DNA from: Escherichia phage vB_EcoM_FJ1
Length of the DNA: 64,000 nt
Direction: 5' to 3' (one strand)
Sequence record: MZ170040.1
This document shows positions 43,182 through 53,486 of the stretch, in pieces. The position numbers were made by a program, and so were the translations under genes. Under the pieces are notes generated by a model. That model made no database searches. It was not told the DNA's origin and worked only from the letters and a program-made list of their open reading frames with translations. Numbering within the stretch: position 1 is the stretch's first letter; every line of letters starts with the position of its first letter.

Positions 43182-45359
43182 TTAGGCCGCAAGGGCCTTC
43201 ATAGTTTTAGCGATTTGGGAAACTTCATCATCACTTAAAGAGTTGCGATAACCGATGAAGTCGGAAACAATACGGAATTTCTTGGTAAACTCAGCAACCA
43301 TTTTATCACTATTTTTTGAAGCATTACGTGATAATTCATCAAAGAGATTAGTTACTGTCCAGATGTCATGACCGATGGTATCTTTTCCACCATTAAAATA
43401 TACACCCTGTAATGAACTAACCATATTACCAAGTCGTGTATATTCTTCAGAAACTTCATCTGTACTGAAGTACTTCATCATAAAATCTAGTTCAGGATAC
43501 TTGATAATTTTATCAATATATCGTTTAGCTGAACTTGAATAACCTACATACTTATCATAATCTACAGCATCAAAAGCATCTACATATAAATCACGCAAAG
43601 CTTCAAAAATACATTGGCACTGACCGAGTTCTTTTACCTTTTTCTGTAAAAGCGGACGAATAACATAAAATTCATTAATGCCAATAAGATTAGCCATACG
43701 AATCAAAATATTCATAGATGGATGACAAAGAGATGTAGTACCATCCATAGAGAAAATATCAGAACGATGCATATACGCTACATAACCAGTAATTTCATCT
43801 GCTTCTGACGTGAGTGTAAATAGTTCCTCTTTTTCCCAGCGCCCATCTTTAATTTCAAACTTAAATGCTGTAGCAGCTTTAGGACGAGGAGCTTTACTTT
43901 TAACTACCTTTGGAATATAGCTTTTAACTAAAGCTTCAATTTCTGACAAATAATGAATGTTAACTTCATCACTTTCAAACATTGCCATAATATCAGGAAG
44001 TAAATCAATCTGCGATTCTACTTCTGGATTAATAAACAGAAGACGCTCATTATGATGAATATTCAAAGTGTTATTAAATTCACTATCATCTAACGCTCGT
44101 GCTAATCCACGAACAATATTAACACGATTTTTAATATTATCAATAACGATATTAATTTTTGTTGTATTAATACCAAACAGACGATAACTTGATGCAACGG
44201 CTGAAGTTTCATGACTTTGCTTAATACGTTTCAGTCGAGGGTCAAGATTTACTTCATACACAACTCCTGCATTGCATAACTTACTATCAGGTTCAAACAT
44301 GCTTTGCATCTTCTTATATGACAGATTTTTAGTCGTGAATTTGACTGAATTACTAATCATATAATCTCGAGCAGAATATCCCATCTTCATCAATTCACGA
44401 TATGTGTGACGAGGAGATGTAGATTCTTTAAATCGTTTTACATCTTCATTAAATGCTTTCTCACTGAGTTCTTTAACTCGTTCAATAATATTTTTACGAG
44501 TACGATCATCCAGTGAAAGAGCCTCGCGAGATGGAGCAATATCAAGTGAACCCATTGGAAACTTAATGTAATTCACTTCATTGCGAATGCTTAGCCAGTT
44601 ACGGTCTCTAATAACACCATCGATAGGATAAACAATACCGCCATAGATAGCATATAATCCACCACGATCAGGCCAGTATCTTTCTGGATTTACGCCGTAA
44701 TAGTCATCGAAATTCGGAAAATAATCAATTTCGCGGTCAAGACCATTAATGATAGCCAAATCTTTGAACGGTCGCATGATATAAGAAACTTCATAAGCAA
44801 AGTTTCTAAAGTCTTTTTCTTCAACTGGAACTACGATTTCAATACCAGTTTTATCATCTGGACCCATTTCTTTTACGAATGTAGGTTTAATCTGTGGACC
44901 ATCACCATCCATGTAAGCTACATAACCGCGAATTTCACCTTTATGATACGAAGTAATACTAAATGTATCAGTATAACTAAATGGAGATTTAGAACCTAAA
45001 CCAAATCCGCCAATGAAATCGTTAGATTCAGCCTTAGATGAACTGAAGTATGAATTATACAGCCCAGGAGAATTATCATCACCCTGAATATCAAAATCAC
45101 TCATACCCGGACCAAAATCTCGGCAAACAAATCGTGGATCTAAACGTCCAGGAACTTGAATGATAAATTTTTCAGGATTTCCATTGAGAGCATGAGCATC
45201 AATCATGTTAGTAATTAATTCACGGACTACTGCGCGAATTTTGTTTGTATACAAATCAGATGACAGAATTTTAAATACTTTAGGAGATGCTGTGATGCTA
45301 AATGCTTTTGATTTAGAACCATTACCAAGAATTGTTTCTTTTTCAGTGGTGATAATCAT
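43182..45359 (-). CDS. rIIA: rIIA membrane-associated protein
   Basis: 725 aa, [51 protein letters not shown]... (GHKL-like ATPase motifs). Confidence 0.9.
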   Translation of the reverse strand: MIITTEKETILGNGSKSKAFSITASPKVFKILSSDLYTNKIRAVVRELITNMIDAHALNGNPEKFIIQVPGRLDPRFVCRDFGPGMSDFDIQGDDNSPGLYNSYFSSSKAESNDFIGGFGLGSKSPFSYTDTFSITSYHKGEIRGYVAYMDGDGPQIKPTFVKEMGPDDKTGIEIVVPVEEKDFRNFAYEVSYIMRPFKDLAIINGLDREIDYFPNFDDYYGVNPERYWPDRGGLYAIYGGIVYPIDGVIRDRNWLSIRNEVNYIKFPMGSLDIAPSREALSLDDRTRKNIIERVKELSEKAFNEDVKRFKESTSPRHTYRELMKMGYSARDYMISNSVKFTTKNLSYKKMQSMFEPDSKLCNAGVVYEVNLDPRLKRIKQSHETSAVASSYRLFGINTTKINIVIDNIKNRVNIVRGLARALDDSEFNNTLNIHHNERLLFINPEVESQIDLLPDIMAMFESDEVNIHYLSEIEALVKSYIPKVVKSKAPRPKAATAFKFEIKDGRWEKEELFTLTSEADEITGYVAYMHRSDIFSMDGTTSLCHPSMNILIRMANLIGINEFYVIRPLLQKKVKELGQCQCIFEALRDLYVDAFDAVDYDKYVGYSSSAKRYIDKIIKYPELDFMMKYFSTDEVSEEYTRLGNMVSSLQGVYFNGGKDTIGHDIWTVTNLFDELSRNASKNSDKMVAEFTKKFRIVSDFIGYRNSLSDDEVSQIAKTMKALAA

Positions 45360-45369
45360 AATTTCCTCA

Positions 45370-45573
45370 TTAATTCATATTACGCTTAATAACTTCAGCA
45401 ACTTCTAGTAGTTCATCTTTAGTTGCGGTGTCGGATTGAATTTTATCTCTAATATCTTTAAAGCGGTTTTTAAATTCTTCGGCTTCTCCCATATCGAAAA
45501 AGCGTTGAATGATTCTATATTCTCGATGAACTGCTTTATCAAAAAGTTCTAAATTTACTTTATATGATTTCAT
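45370..45573 (-). CDS. hypothetical protein (rIIA.1-like)
   Basis: 67-aa ORF between 39 and rIIA. Confidence 0.5.
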   Translation of the reverse strand: MKSYKVNLELFDKAVHREYRIIQRFFDMGEAEEFKNRFKDIRDKIQSDTATKDELLEVAEVIKRNMN

Positions 45574-45627
45574 TTCAATATCCTCATTTGCCCAATTAAT
45601 TATACCACATCCTTGTGGTAAAGTAAA

Positions 45628-47448
45628 CTACTGACTCATCCATTCTTTGCGAAGGTCAGCATTATCTCCCATGAGCATTTCAAAAAGCTCTTTCCAATTC
45701 TCAGGAAGTTTAACAACATCATATACTGGGTTTTGAATCATCTCACGATATTCAGATTTTTCCAAAGAGCCAAGTCCCTTAATATAACGGATGCTATGTT
45801 TAGGTAGAGCATCTTTAGCACTCTCATATTCAGCGACTGTATAAAACCATTCTTGTTTTTTACCGACCTGAGCGATGATTACAGGAGTTTTGACAAAGCG
45901 AATTCGTCCTTGCTCAAACAATTCTGGCCAATTACTAAAAAACCCGAGCAGAGAAGGATAAATGCTTCCTAAACCATCATGGTCAGCATCAGTCATAATA
46001 GCAATATTATGATAATTCAAGTTTTCAGCTTTTTCACCAAGAACTAGACCAGTGATTGCGCAAATATCAAATAGTTCTTTGTTTTTAAGCATATCAGCAT
46101 ATGACATACCCCAACTGTTGAGAACTTTACCGCGCAATGGATAACCACCATGAAGTTCTTTATCACGAACATCAATAAGATATCCGATAGCAGAATCACC
46201 CTCAGTCAAGAAAAGAGTAGTGTCAGCATCTTTACCGCAAAGATTCGCTTTGATATGTTTATGAACTTTAGCTTTAGAAGCCTTTTTAGCTGCTTTAGTT
46301 TCAGCTGCTTTTTCTGCTGCCAATTTACGGGCCAAGGCAGCTTCAATAATTGGCATCAAAATAGCTTCATTATTTAGAATAGCGCGTGAAATCTTTTTAG
46401 CATCAAGCTGAATATGACTACGAATTTCGCCAAATGGAGAAGTCAAACGCTCTTTAGTTTGAGAATCAAATCGCATGTTTTTCATATCACGAACAAACAT
46501 AACGATAGTCAAACATTCTTTAACACGTGCTTTAGTTACATCAATTTTGAATTTACGTTTGATTTGTGGAATAAGGTCTTCACAAATATCATCCATCACG
46601 CAGTCAATGTGATGGCCACCATTCTTAGTATGAATGTTATTGACGTACGTCAACTGACGAAAACCATCAGGTGAACGACCAACCGCAATAGAACAATTTT
46701 CTTGTTCTTGAACGATAGCATGTTCATCATACTGTCGTGCATATTTCTTAAAATTGCCCTGAACCTTTTTACCATTAAAGGTAAATTGAATATCAGGATA
46801 AACAACAGCAAGTGTCTGGAGACGATCTAATGTAATGTCAAGATAAACTTGGGACAGCTCATTAGTTTCAAATGACATAAAATCAGGAATGAAAGTAACA
46901 CGAGTTCCTTTCCATTTTCCTGGAATAGTTTCCCATGATTTATTTTCCATGCCGTTTGAACAACGAACTACAATATTATTTTGACCATCGCCAGTTTCAC
47001 CGACAAACATCACAGAAAAAATGTTTGTCAAACTAGAACCAACACCATTCATACCGCCAGTGACGCGTTCTTTATCATCACCGAAGTTACCACCTGCTTT
47101 TGGAATAGTCCATGCAGCAACAGGACCAGGAATTTCTTCACCGGTAGGTGTTTTAACCATCGCCTGTGGAATACCGCGACCGTTATCTTCAACTGTTACT
47201 TGATTGTTTTTAATAGTAACATTAATTTTATTTGCGAATTTAAACTTAGTACGAATACCTTCATCTACTGAGTTATCGATAATTTCATCAATAAGCTTAA
47301 CAAGACCAGGTACATACTGAACACTTTCCCATTTACCAAACAGAAAGCGCTCATGCATTTCATTAGCAGAAGAACCAATGTACATGCCGCTACGCTTTTT
47401 GATATGTTCAATATCGCTCAGAATTTTAATTTCATTCTTAATCATCAC
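45628..47448 (-). CDS. 39: DNA topoisomerase II large subunit, single uninterrupted ORF (39 and 60 equivalents fused)
   Basis: 606 aa; GyrB-like ATPase N-terminus (IKILSDIEHIKKRSGMYIGS) through TOPRIM (LFLTEGDSA, TDADHDG) in one frame. Confidence 0.9.
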   Translation of the reverse strand: MMIKNEIKILSDIEHIKKRSGMYIGSSANEMHERFLFGKWESVQYVPGLVKLIDEIIDNSVDEGIRTKFKFANKINVTIKNNQVTVEDNGRGIPQAMVKTPTGEEIPGPVAAWTIPKAGGNFGDDKERVTGGMNGVGSSLTNIFSVMFVGETGDGQNNIVVRCSNGMENKSWETIPGKWKGTRVTFIPDFMSFETNELSQVYLDITLDRLQTLAVVYPDIQFTFNGKKVQGNFKKYARQYDEHAIVQEQENCSIAVGRSPDGFRQLTYVNNIHTKNGGHHIDCVMDDICEDLIPQIKRKFKIDVTKARVKECLTIVMFVRDMKNMRFDSQTKERLTSPFGEIRSHIQLDAKKISRAILNNEAILMPIIEAALARKLAAEKAAETKAAKKASKAKVHKHIKANLCGKDADTTLFLTEGDSAIGYLIDVRDKELHGGYPLRGKVLNSWGMSYADMLKNKELFDICAITGLVLGEKAENLNYHNIAIMTDADHDGLGSIYPSLLGFFSNWPELFEQGRIRFVKTPVIIAQVGKKQEWFYTVAEYESAKDALPKHSIRYIKGLGSLEKSEYREMIQNPVYDVVKLPENWKELFEMLMGDNADLRKEWMSQ

Positions 47449-47514
47449 TTATCCTCGTTTGGTTTCGGGAATATTATACTCCGGTAATCATAAAGCTAAA
47501 GGCCCGAAGGCCTT

Positions 47515-47775
47515 TTATTTAAAACGAATAGTTGAATCCTTAAAGAACAGCCCAGAACATACTGTTCCTTCTACTTTCTGCCCAGTAGGTCCAATAGCAC
47601 GAAATCCAGTATGCTGGAAATCATTTTCAGAGCAACCGAACCAGTTATATCCAGTGATTTCAATATTAGTAAAACCACTTGAAGACAAAACTTTGGTTGC
47701 ATTATCAGCATCAGTACATCCTATTAAAGACACTGCTAATACTAATGCTGCGATAGAACGATTAATATATTTCAT
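47515..47775 (-). CDS. putative lipoprotein
   Basis: 86 aa; signal peptide with lipobox LIGC; SD AAGGG upstream. Confidence 0.55.
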   Translation of the reverse strand: MKYINRSIAALVLAVSLIGCTDADNATKVLSSSGFTNIEITGYNWFGCSENDFQHTGFRAIGPTGQKVEGTVCSGLFFKDSTIRFK

Positions 47776-47777
47776 AA

Positions 47778-47954
47778 TTACCCTTTAAGCAAGTCGTAAA
47801 ATCCACCATTCACATGCTTAGGGGCAGAGACTAACCGAATAGCAATCCGATGACAATCAGGACATACATCAGTATCTCTTTCAGAAATTTTCTTGATTTT
47901 TTCGTATTCTTTTGCGCAGTCTTTGGATTGACATTTATAATCATAAAGCGGCAT
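47778..47954 (-). CDS. FmdB-like zinc-ribbon protein (58 aa), not in ORF track
   Basis: hand-translated MPLYDYKCQSKDCAKEYEKIKKISERDTDVCPDCHRIAIRLVSAPKHVNGGFYDLLKG with CxxC...CxxC. Confidence 0.5.
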   Translation of the reverse strand: MPLYDYKCQSKDCAKEYEKIKKISERDTDVCPDCHRIAIRLVSAPKHVNGGFYDLLKG

Positions 47955-47956
47955 AA

Positions 47957-48376
47957 TTATTCCTTAAAGTGAGCTTTCAACATCTGATACAAGGACCATG
48001 CTTGTTCATTATTTTCAATAGTAATTTTCATGACTGGGAATTCTGTGAAATCTTCTATTTGTTCTTGCTCTTCCTGCTCTTGTTCTTCAGCTGCCTGGTA
48101 TGGATTTTCAACTTCATTAAAGAACCCAGCTTCGTTAGTAGAAAGCCAGATAAAGTTTTCGCCAAGGATATCACCATATGTTGAATATCCAACTGTGCCA
48201 GTAGATGTCACAATTTTAGTAGGACGCCCGTAATAGTCAACATCTAAAATTTTAAAAGGTTCCATACCTAAACGGCGCGCATAGATTCCGTTATAAGTAT
48301 GGTCTTTAATAAAAGCTTCTTGAGCTTGTTTATTTTTAAATTGATACCATTTATTAACTTCAAATTTAATAGCCAT
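47957..48376 (-). CDS. hypothetical protein with acidic [10 protein letters not shown] tract
   Basis: 139-aa ORF. Confidence 0.5.
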   Translation of the reverse strand: MAIKFEVNKWYQFKNKQAQEAFIKDHTYNGIYARRLGMEPFKILDVDYYGRPTKIVTSTGTVGYSTYGDILGENFIWLSTNEAGFFNEVENPYQAAEEQEQEEQEQIEDFTEFPVMKITIENNEQAWSLYQMLKAHFKE

Positions 48377-48594
48377 TAATAAATTTCCTTCCAGTAAGTT
48401 GTGCCATCTTCAGTAATTTCACGAAATACACCGTAAATTGGTTGTTTATCACTGACTTTCTCATACACATAAACCAAAGTCAAGTGAGTAAACTTGCTAG
48501 TATGTTCCTTTTGAACTACTACCAAATCTGGATCGAATAATACATCTTCAAATTCATCATTAGTGCAATTCTGAACAATTTTACGTTTCATCAT
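48376..48594 (-). CDS. hypothetical protein
   Basis: 72-aa ORF. Confidence 0.5.
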   Translation of the reverse strand: MMKRKIVQNCTNDEFEDVLFDPDLVVVQKEHTSKFTHLTLVYVYEKVSDKQPIYGVFREITEDGTTYWKEIY

Positions 48595-48763
48595 AATTTC
48601 CTCATTAATTGAACATTGGAGAGATGCGTTTCAGAAGAGTATCAGCACCTTTGGCGAATTATCCATTTTATTCTTCAAGTTGTTTTCTGTATCAGTAGTT
48701 GATATTGATATAGTACCATAATCAACTACTGATGTATATAGTTTTATGAAAAAATTTTAAACT

Positions 48764-49255
48764 TTATGCATAGCGAGCTTTGCTGTAGTGTTTAATCCAA
48801 CTTTCAGGAATGACTTTGTATGTTCCTAAAAATACCACATTGTACAGCTTAACGCCATCTTCTACCCATTGATCAGTAATGTATGCACACATAGCGCGAG
48901 TACGCTGAGGAAGTGGTTGTCCACCTTCGGTAAATTCAAACTCATAAGGAGCAATGAACTTGATAGCTTGACCAAGTTTCCACTTAAAGTCTACACCTAC
49001 ATGTGAAGTATCAATCGTTTCAATTCCTTTAGCAGGAACAGCTTTCAAAAACGCAGATTCAAGAAATTTCGCGCGAACATAACCAAACTGAGGTTTAGAC
49101 TTTCCATCTTTAGGAATGATACGCACTTTTACTTCAGAATCTTCATCTTTAACGCCATGTTTAAGCTGAATGCTTACAATTTCGACCAATTTTCCTGCTG
49201 CTTTAGAACGGGATTTATCAGATACACGAGCAATTTCACCAATATTAATAATCAT
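48764..49255 (-). CDS. MotB-like protein (paralog of next ORF)
   Basis: 163 aa; C-terminal CAYITDQWVEDGVKLYNVVF shared with 49332..49874. Confidence 0.5.
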   Translation of the reverse strand: MIINIGEIARVSDKSRSKAAGKLVEIVSIQLKHGVKDEDSEVKVRIIPKDGKSKPQFGYVRAKFLESAFLKAVPAKGIETIDTSHVGVDFKWKLGQAIKFIAPYEFEFTEGGQPLPQRTRAMCAYITDQWVEDGVKLYNVVFLGTYKVIPESWIKHYSKARYA

Positions 49256-49331
49256 AGTTATCTCTCACTTGTTAAAAAGATTTTATACTCCACAGGACCA
49301 TTATACTCTGGTCCCAAGAGTTTGTAAACTA

Positions 49332-49874
49332 TTAATTCAAAATAGCTACCACTGCACTACGAGGTACTACGCTAAAATCACCTGCATGAACAACGTTCAG
49401 AAGTTCAACACCATCTTCAATCCATTGGTCTGTTACCCAACCACAGACCGAAATAAATGGAGTCTTGATAGCTACCGCATGAGTTAGAAGGTCGGTAGGG
49501 TCTTGTTCTTCAACTTCTTGGAACAGGATGAACTCATCTTCATAAACCAGGTTTTTCTTTATTTTGTTATTATCTAACCGGCGACCGTGGATGACGTAAG
49601 ATTTGTCAAACCACTCACTTTTGGCAAATTCTTCAACAATAAATTCGCCTTCGCCAAAAACATCAGTCAGAGTTTTATGACCGGAAATCAAGGCATTAGT
49701 TTTAATTTTAGGTTCAACCAGTTTGTAGGTTTTGCCGATTTCAATAGCGGTAGTCATAGTAGGTTCCTTAATTTCCAGCGGTTTAACAGGGCATACATAA
49801 GTGCTTACAACATCAAAATCAATCAGTTTAGCTACCGGATTTGGTATGTATTCAGGATTATAATTAAATTTCAT
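49332..49874 (-). CDS. hypothetical protein, paralog of MotB-like ORF
   Basis: 180 aa; C-terminal CGWVTDQWIEDGVELLNVVH. Confidence 0.5.
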   Translation of the reverse strand: MKFNYNPEYIPNPVAKLIDFDVVSTYVCPVKPLEIKEPTMTTAIEIGKTYKLVEPKIKTNALISGHKTLTDVFGEGEFIVEEFAKSEWFDKSYVIHGRRLDNNKIKKNLVYEDEFILFQEVEEQDPTDLLTHAVAIKTPFISVCGWVTDQWIEDGVELLNVVHAGDFSVVPRSAVVAILN

Positions 49875-49876
49875 AA

Positions 49877-50416
49877 TTATCTCATTTCAATAAAATCTAC
49901 GAGTTCAGCATGCGATTTGCGGAACATTACTTGGTGCCCACCAATGATAACTTCATCTTCAGGAACTTCGTATACAGCGAGATAAAATCCTTTAGAAGAT
50001 AATTCTTCCCGCTCTTCTCGCGTGAACCATCTCATCATATCATATTCGCTAGCGAAAGCAAAATGATAAAGACCTATAAACCATCCTGGAATATGATATT
50101 CTACTCCAACATAATCTTTCTTGAACTTAGTATTAATTACTTTATTAGCGTTTTTAACTAATAGTTTATCTTCGTGTGGTAAAGGAATTCTTTTATTATT
50201 ATCGCTATGATGCATAAAATTAGGTCTGTCATAACCTACGTGTAATAACCACTCTTCGCTCCATGAATCTATTATACTCCTGTATGGCGTTATTTGAACA
50301 CAAAGATTTCGACGTATTGTTATAGCATCTTCATAATCAAGAATACTAAACGATGATTCAACGCGATAAATTTTCATTTTATTATCCTCAGTAGCTATGA
50401 TGTTATAATACCACAA
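49877..50416 (-). CDS. hypothetical protein
   Basis: 179-aa ORF (start may be internal Met). Confidence 0.5.
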   Translation of the reverse strand: MWYYNIIATEDNKMKIYRVESSFSILDYEDAITIRRNLCVQITPYRSIIDSWSEEWLLHVGYDRPNFMHHSDNNKRIPLPHEDKLLVKNANKVINTKFKKDYVGVEYHIPGWFIGLYHFAFASEYDMMRWFTREEREELSSKGFYLAVYEVPEDEVIIGGHQVMFRKSHAELVDFIEMR

Positions 50417-50440
50417 CTAACCGAGGAAGTAAACAACTTT

Positions 50441-51124
50441 TTATCGTTTTGTTGGAAGAGACAGAGGATCGCACTCTTCCTCTGACGGGGCATCTTCAAG
50501 ACCCATAGCATATCGCAAAGCATACTTCATCATCAGGATGTCTTTCGCACAGTCATGAATAGAATCATGTGCAACGAATCCATCTAAGGTTCCCTTTGGA
50601 AGAGGACATGTGGTCATATCACGAACAAGCAGAAGTGCTTCAATTCTGGTACGAATATCACGCTGATTCCAAAATTTACAAGGTTCTAACTTAAATGTAT
50701 CAAGCTCATTCTCGGAAACACCATTAAGACGTTGAATATCGCGAATGAGATCGACTAAAATTGGAAAATCAAACGACATTCCACGGCACCAGCCCTGAGA
50801 TTTCCAAGGATCGATGTTATGTGCATTGATGTAATCATTAAATTTTGCAATACCATCGATAGTGCTTACATCTTCATCTGATGGCGCAATATTTTTTCGA
50901 GCTTCGGGAGACTGATTTTTCCACCATTCGATAGTGCTTTTAGTAAAAAGACGATGTCCTTTTTGGCTTTTTAAATCAAACTTGATTTTAATGCCACGTG
51001 AAACTAATTCATCAAATGTTTCAACGACTTCTGGATTAGGGTCAAAAGCAATTACAGCCAAATCAATAACAGCTGCTTTTTCACCACTTCCCATTGTTTC
51101 AAAATCTATAATAAAATCAAACAT
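50441..51124 (-). CDS. dexA: exonuclease A (DEDDh 3'-5' exonuclease)
   Basis: 227 aa; N-terminal IIDFETMG Exo I motif. Confidence 0.85.
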   Translation of the reverse strand: MFDFIIDFETMGSGEKAAVIDLAVIAFDPNPEVVETFDELVSRGIKIKFDLKSQKGHRLFTKSTIEWWKNQSPEARKNIAPSDEDVSTIDGIAKFNDYINAHNIDPWKSQGWCRGMSFDFPILVDLIRDIQRLNGVSENELDTFKLEPCKFWNQRDIRTRIEALLLVRDMTTCPLPKGTLDGFVAHDSIHDCAKDILMMKYALRYAMGLEDAPSEEECDPLSLPTKR

Positions 51125-51381
51125 TAAATTTTCCTTGCTAAATCACGAATTTGACCTACAGTATAATCTTGAATATAAACTTTATTAATAGGCTCATCAA
51201 TAAATTTTGCCATAGATTCAATATCTTTTTGCATCTCTTCAAGACTGTATACTATCTTTAAAGCTTTTTCGCGAATAGTAATATTTTCAGGACCCGAATT
51301 TTTCTCAATGACAGCTTTAACATTTGTCATAAGAGATTTAAACTGGTACCAACTTAATTCAATCATTAATAATCGCCTCAT
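51124..51381 (-). CDS. hypothetical protein (tandem paralog family)
   Basis: 85 aa, MRRLLMIELSWYQF... Confidence 0.5.
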   Translation of the reverse strand: MRRLLMIELSWYQFKSLMTNVKAVIEKNSGPENITIREKALKIVYSLEEMQKDIESMAKFIDEPINKVYIQDYTVGQIRDLARKI

Positions 51382-51619
51382 AAAGATAGCTAATTTCGCC
51401 TAAAACGTAATCATTGATTGTAACAGTTTTCACTTCACCACAAAAGAATTCTAACGCAATTAAATCTCGTTCAATTTCTTCTAATTGAAGCATCAACTTA
51501 CTAGATTCAATTTTTACAGTTTCACGATTTTTACCATGAGCAATTTCATAAATTTCGCTCACTTTATCTTGAAGCAGATAAAACTGATCTTTAGTTATTT
51601 CCACGAATAGCTTCCTCAA
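51359..51619 (-). CDS. hypothetical protein (tandem paralog family)
   Basis: 86 aa, MRKLFVEITKDQFY...; similar layout to neighbour. Confidence 0.5.
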   Translation of the reverse strand: MRKLFVEITKDQFYLLQDKVSEIYEIAHGKNRETVKIESSKLMLQLEEIERDLIALEFFCGEVKTVTINDYVLGEISYLYEAIIND

Positions 51620-51851
51620 ATTTAATTAGTAATTTACAGACACTTTCATCTAGTGTAATTACCGTATCTGTATTACTGTGATATGATTGTTTTTCAATTC
51701 GTTTAATTGCTAATATAGTATCACTTATAAGATAAAGCTTATGAAGGAGCTCAGCTCCTGTTACCATAACATTAAGATTATCTTGCTTATTAGTATGCTT
51801 CCTTATACCATCTATTAGACGATTTAAATATTTTGAATTGATGTTAATCAT
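51591..51851 (-). CDS. hypothetical protein
   Basis: 86-aa ORF. Confidence 0.5.
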   Translation of the reverse strand: MININSKYLNRLIDGIRKHTNKQDNLNVMVTGAELLHKLYLISDTILAIKRIEKQSYHSNTDTVITLDESVCKLLIKFEEAIRGNN

Positions 51852-51857
51852 ATAGCC

Positions 51858-53177
51858 TCACACATAAAACACATCATAACGACCACGGGTAACACCAACA
51901 TAAAGAAGTTGTTGGGCCAATTCAGCATCTGCATAATGAATACAAGGCGTATAAATGAAAGCACGGTCTACAGACATACCCTGAGCTTTATGGAATGTTG
52001 ATGCAGGAAGTGCTTTCACTTTACTGAACTGTGATTTAGCATCCCAAAAATCACTCCATGGAGCTTTTCCGCCTTTGTTCCAATTTTTATAAGTTTCTGC
52101 CGTTTTACCTAAAAATAGGTTAAACTTATATAGCTCTTCATCAGATGAAATTATTTTAATCTTTTCACGATAATATTCATCATCGCCGTAAGTTTCTACT
52201 GTTAAATCCCAATGACGAATTAAGTATTCTCCAGGAACACCACGAGCTTTAACAAACGTTGATGTATACTCTGCTTCTATAATACGAACTAATTGTCCGT
52301 TATTAAAAATAATTTCTGACACAGGCTTTCCATCAATTTTATATGTTTTAATTAATGGTTCCTGCATTACAATAATTTCACCGACAATAAAATCTTTATC
52401 AGTTTCAAAAATCTTTTTGCGAATAATGCTATTTAACTTGTCAACAGATTTATTCGTAAATGCCATTACGCGATTTTCAAACAAATCATCTAATGATTTT
52501 ACGATTGAAAAATAATTTACCATAAAATCGCGTAAAGCGGTATCACCAGTAAATCCACGTACTCCATGCCCGTCAACAACTTTATCATAAATCCACTTAC
52601 CGTTGCGAACATCAGTAGCTACATCAATAATAGGAGCATTACTGCGTTTAACTTCAGTAAGTTCACACTGATAAAAATCTTTGTGTGTAAAGAATGGACT
52701 GATATAAGCAGTATTTTCTCCTGGATCAACAGGTCTAATTTGCTTATTATCGCCTATTCCAATTATAGTACACCACGGCGGGATAGTTGAAAGCAGAATT
52801 TTGAATAGCTTTCTATCATACATTGACACTTCGTCGCAGATTAATACTCTGCATTTAGCTAAATCCGGTACTTCCTTCTGTTCAAAAAGAACGTTTTCTT
52901 CATATGTTACCGGGTTAATTTTGAGAATACTGTGAATAGTACTCGCTTCTTTCCCTGACAGTTTTGAAAGAATCTTTTTAGCTGCATGAGTAGGAGCTGC
53001 TAAAATAATGCCAGTTTCGCCCGTAGATATTAAGGCTTCAATGATGAACTTAGTAAGAGTAGTCTTACCAGTACCAGCAGGTCCATTAATAGTTACATGA
53101 TGTTTCTTTTCTTTAATAGCCTTCATAACAATGTTAAAGGCATTTTTCTGGCCTTCGGTCAAATCATCAAATGTCAT
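51858..53177 (-). CDS. dda: Dda DNA helicase (SF1B)
   Basis: 439 aa; Walker A INGPAGTGKTT; MTFDDLTEGQKNAFNIVMKAIKEKKHHVTINGPAG. Confidence 0.9.
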   Translation of the reverse strand: MTFDDLTEGQKNAFNIVMKAIKEKKHHVTINGPAGTGKTTLTKFIIEALISTGETGIILAAPTHAAKKILSKLSGKEASTIHSILKINPVTYEENVLFEQKEVPDLAKCRVLICDEVSMYDRKLFKILLSTIPPWCTIIGIGDNKQIRPVDPGENTAYISPFFTHKDFYQCELTEVKRSNAPIIDVATDVRNGKWIYDKVVDGHGVRGFTGDTALRDFMVNYFSIVKSLDDLFENRVMAFTNKSVDKLNSIIRKKIFETDKDFIVGEIIVMQEPLIKTYKIDGKPVSEIIFNNGQLVRIIEAEYTSTFVKARGVPGEYLIRHWDLTVETYGDDEYYREKIKIISSDEELYKFNLFLGKTAETYKNWNKGGKAPWSDFWDAKSQFSKVKALPASTFHKAQGMSVDRAFIYTPCIHYADAELAQQLLYVGVTRGRYDVFYV

Positions 53178-53485
53178 CGTAAATTCCCTGCAATTGGAAT
53201 ACTAACAATACGCCCAGTATCTAGAATTCGCTGATATAATCTTTGTGTGTCTACATCAGGCTTAACATGTTTAACTTCTATTTTATTAAACCAAAATTTA
53301 CGTGGAGTCTCAACTAATCTTGGAATTCCCTTGCCTAAAGCTAGTTGATACTGCTCTTTGAGAGTAGTAAAAACTCTATCAGCAATCTCTCTTTCAAAAA
53401 ACACAGCAGGACGATGTTCATCAAGTGGAACTGGCGCCGTAAATCCGTCTTTGTCTCGGTAAACTATCGCATATACATAAACCAT
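53174..53485 (-). CDS. hypothetical protein (dda.1-like)
   Basis: 103-aa ORF, ATGA overlap with dda. Confidence 0.5.
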   Translation of the reverse strand: MVYVYAIVYRDKDGFTAPVPLDEHRPAVFFEREIADRVFTTLKEQYQLALGKGIPRLVETPRKFWFNKIEVKHVKPDVDTQRLYQRILDTGRIVSIPIAGNLR

Positions 53486-53486
53486 A

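Noticed and set aside
45360-45640. Gene 60-type translational bypass element or mobA insertion between rIIA and 39
   Set aside because: Only a 67-aa ORF and short spacers are present, and gene 39 is a single complete ORF.
47378-47788. 136-aa plus-strand ORF overlapping the lipoprotein gene
   Set aside because: The minus-strand alternative has a signal peptide with lipobox, an SD and the local gene orientation; the plus-strand frame is judged spurious.
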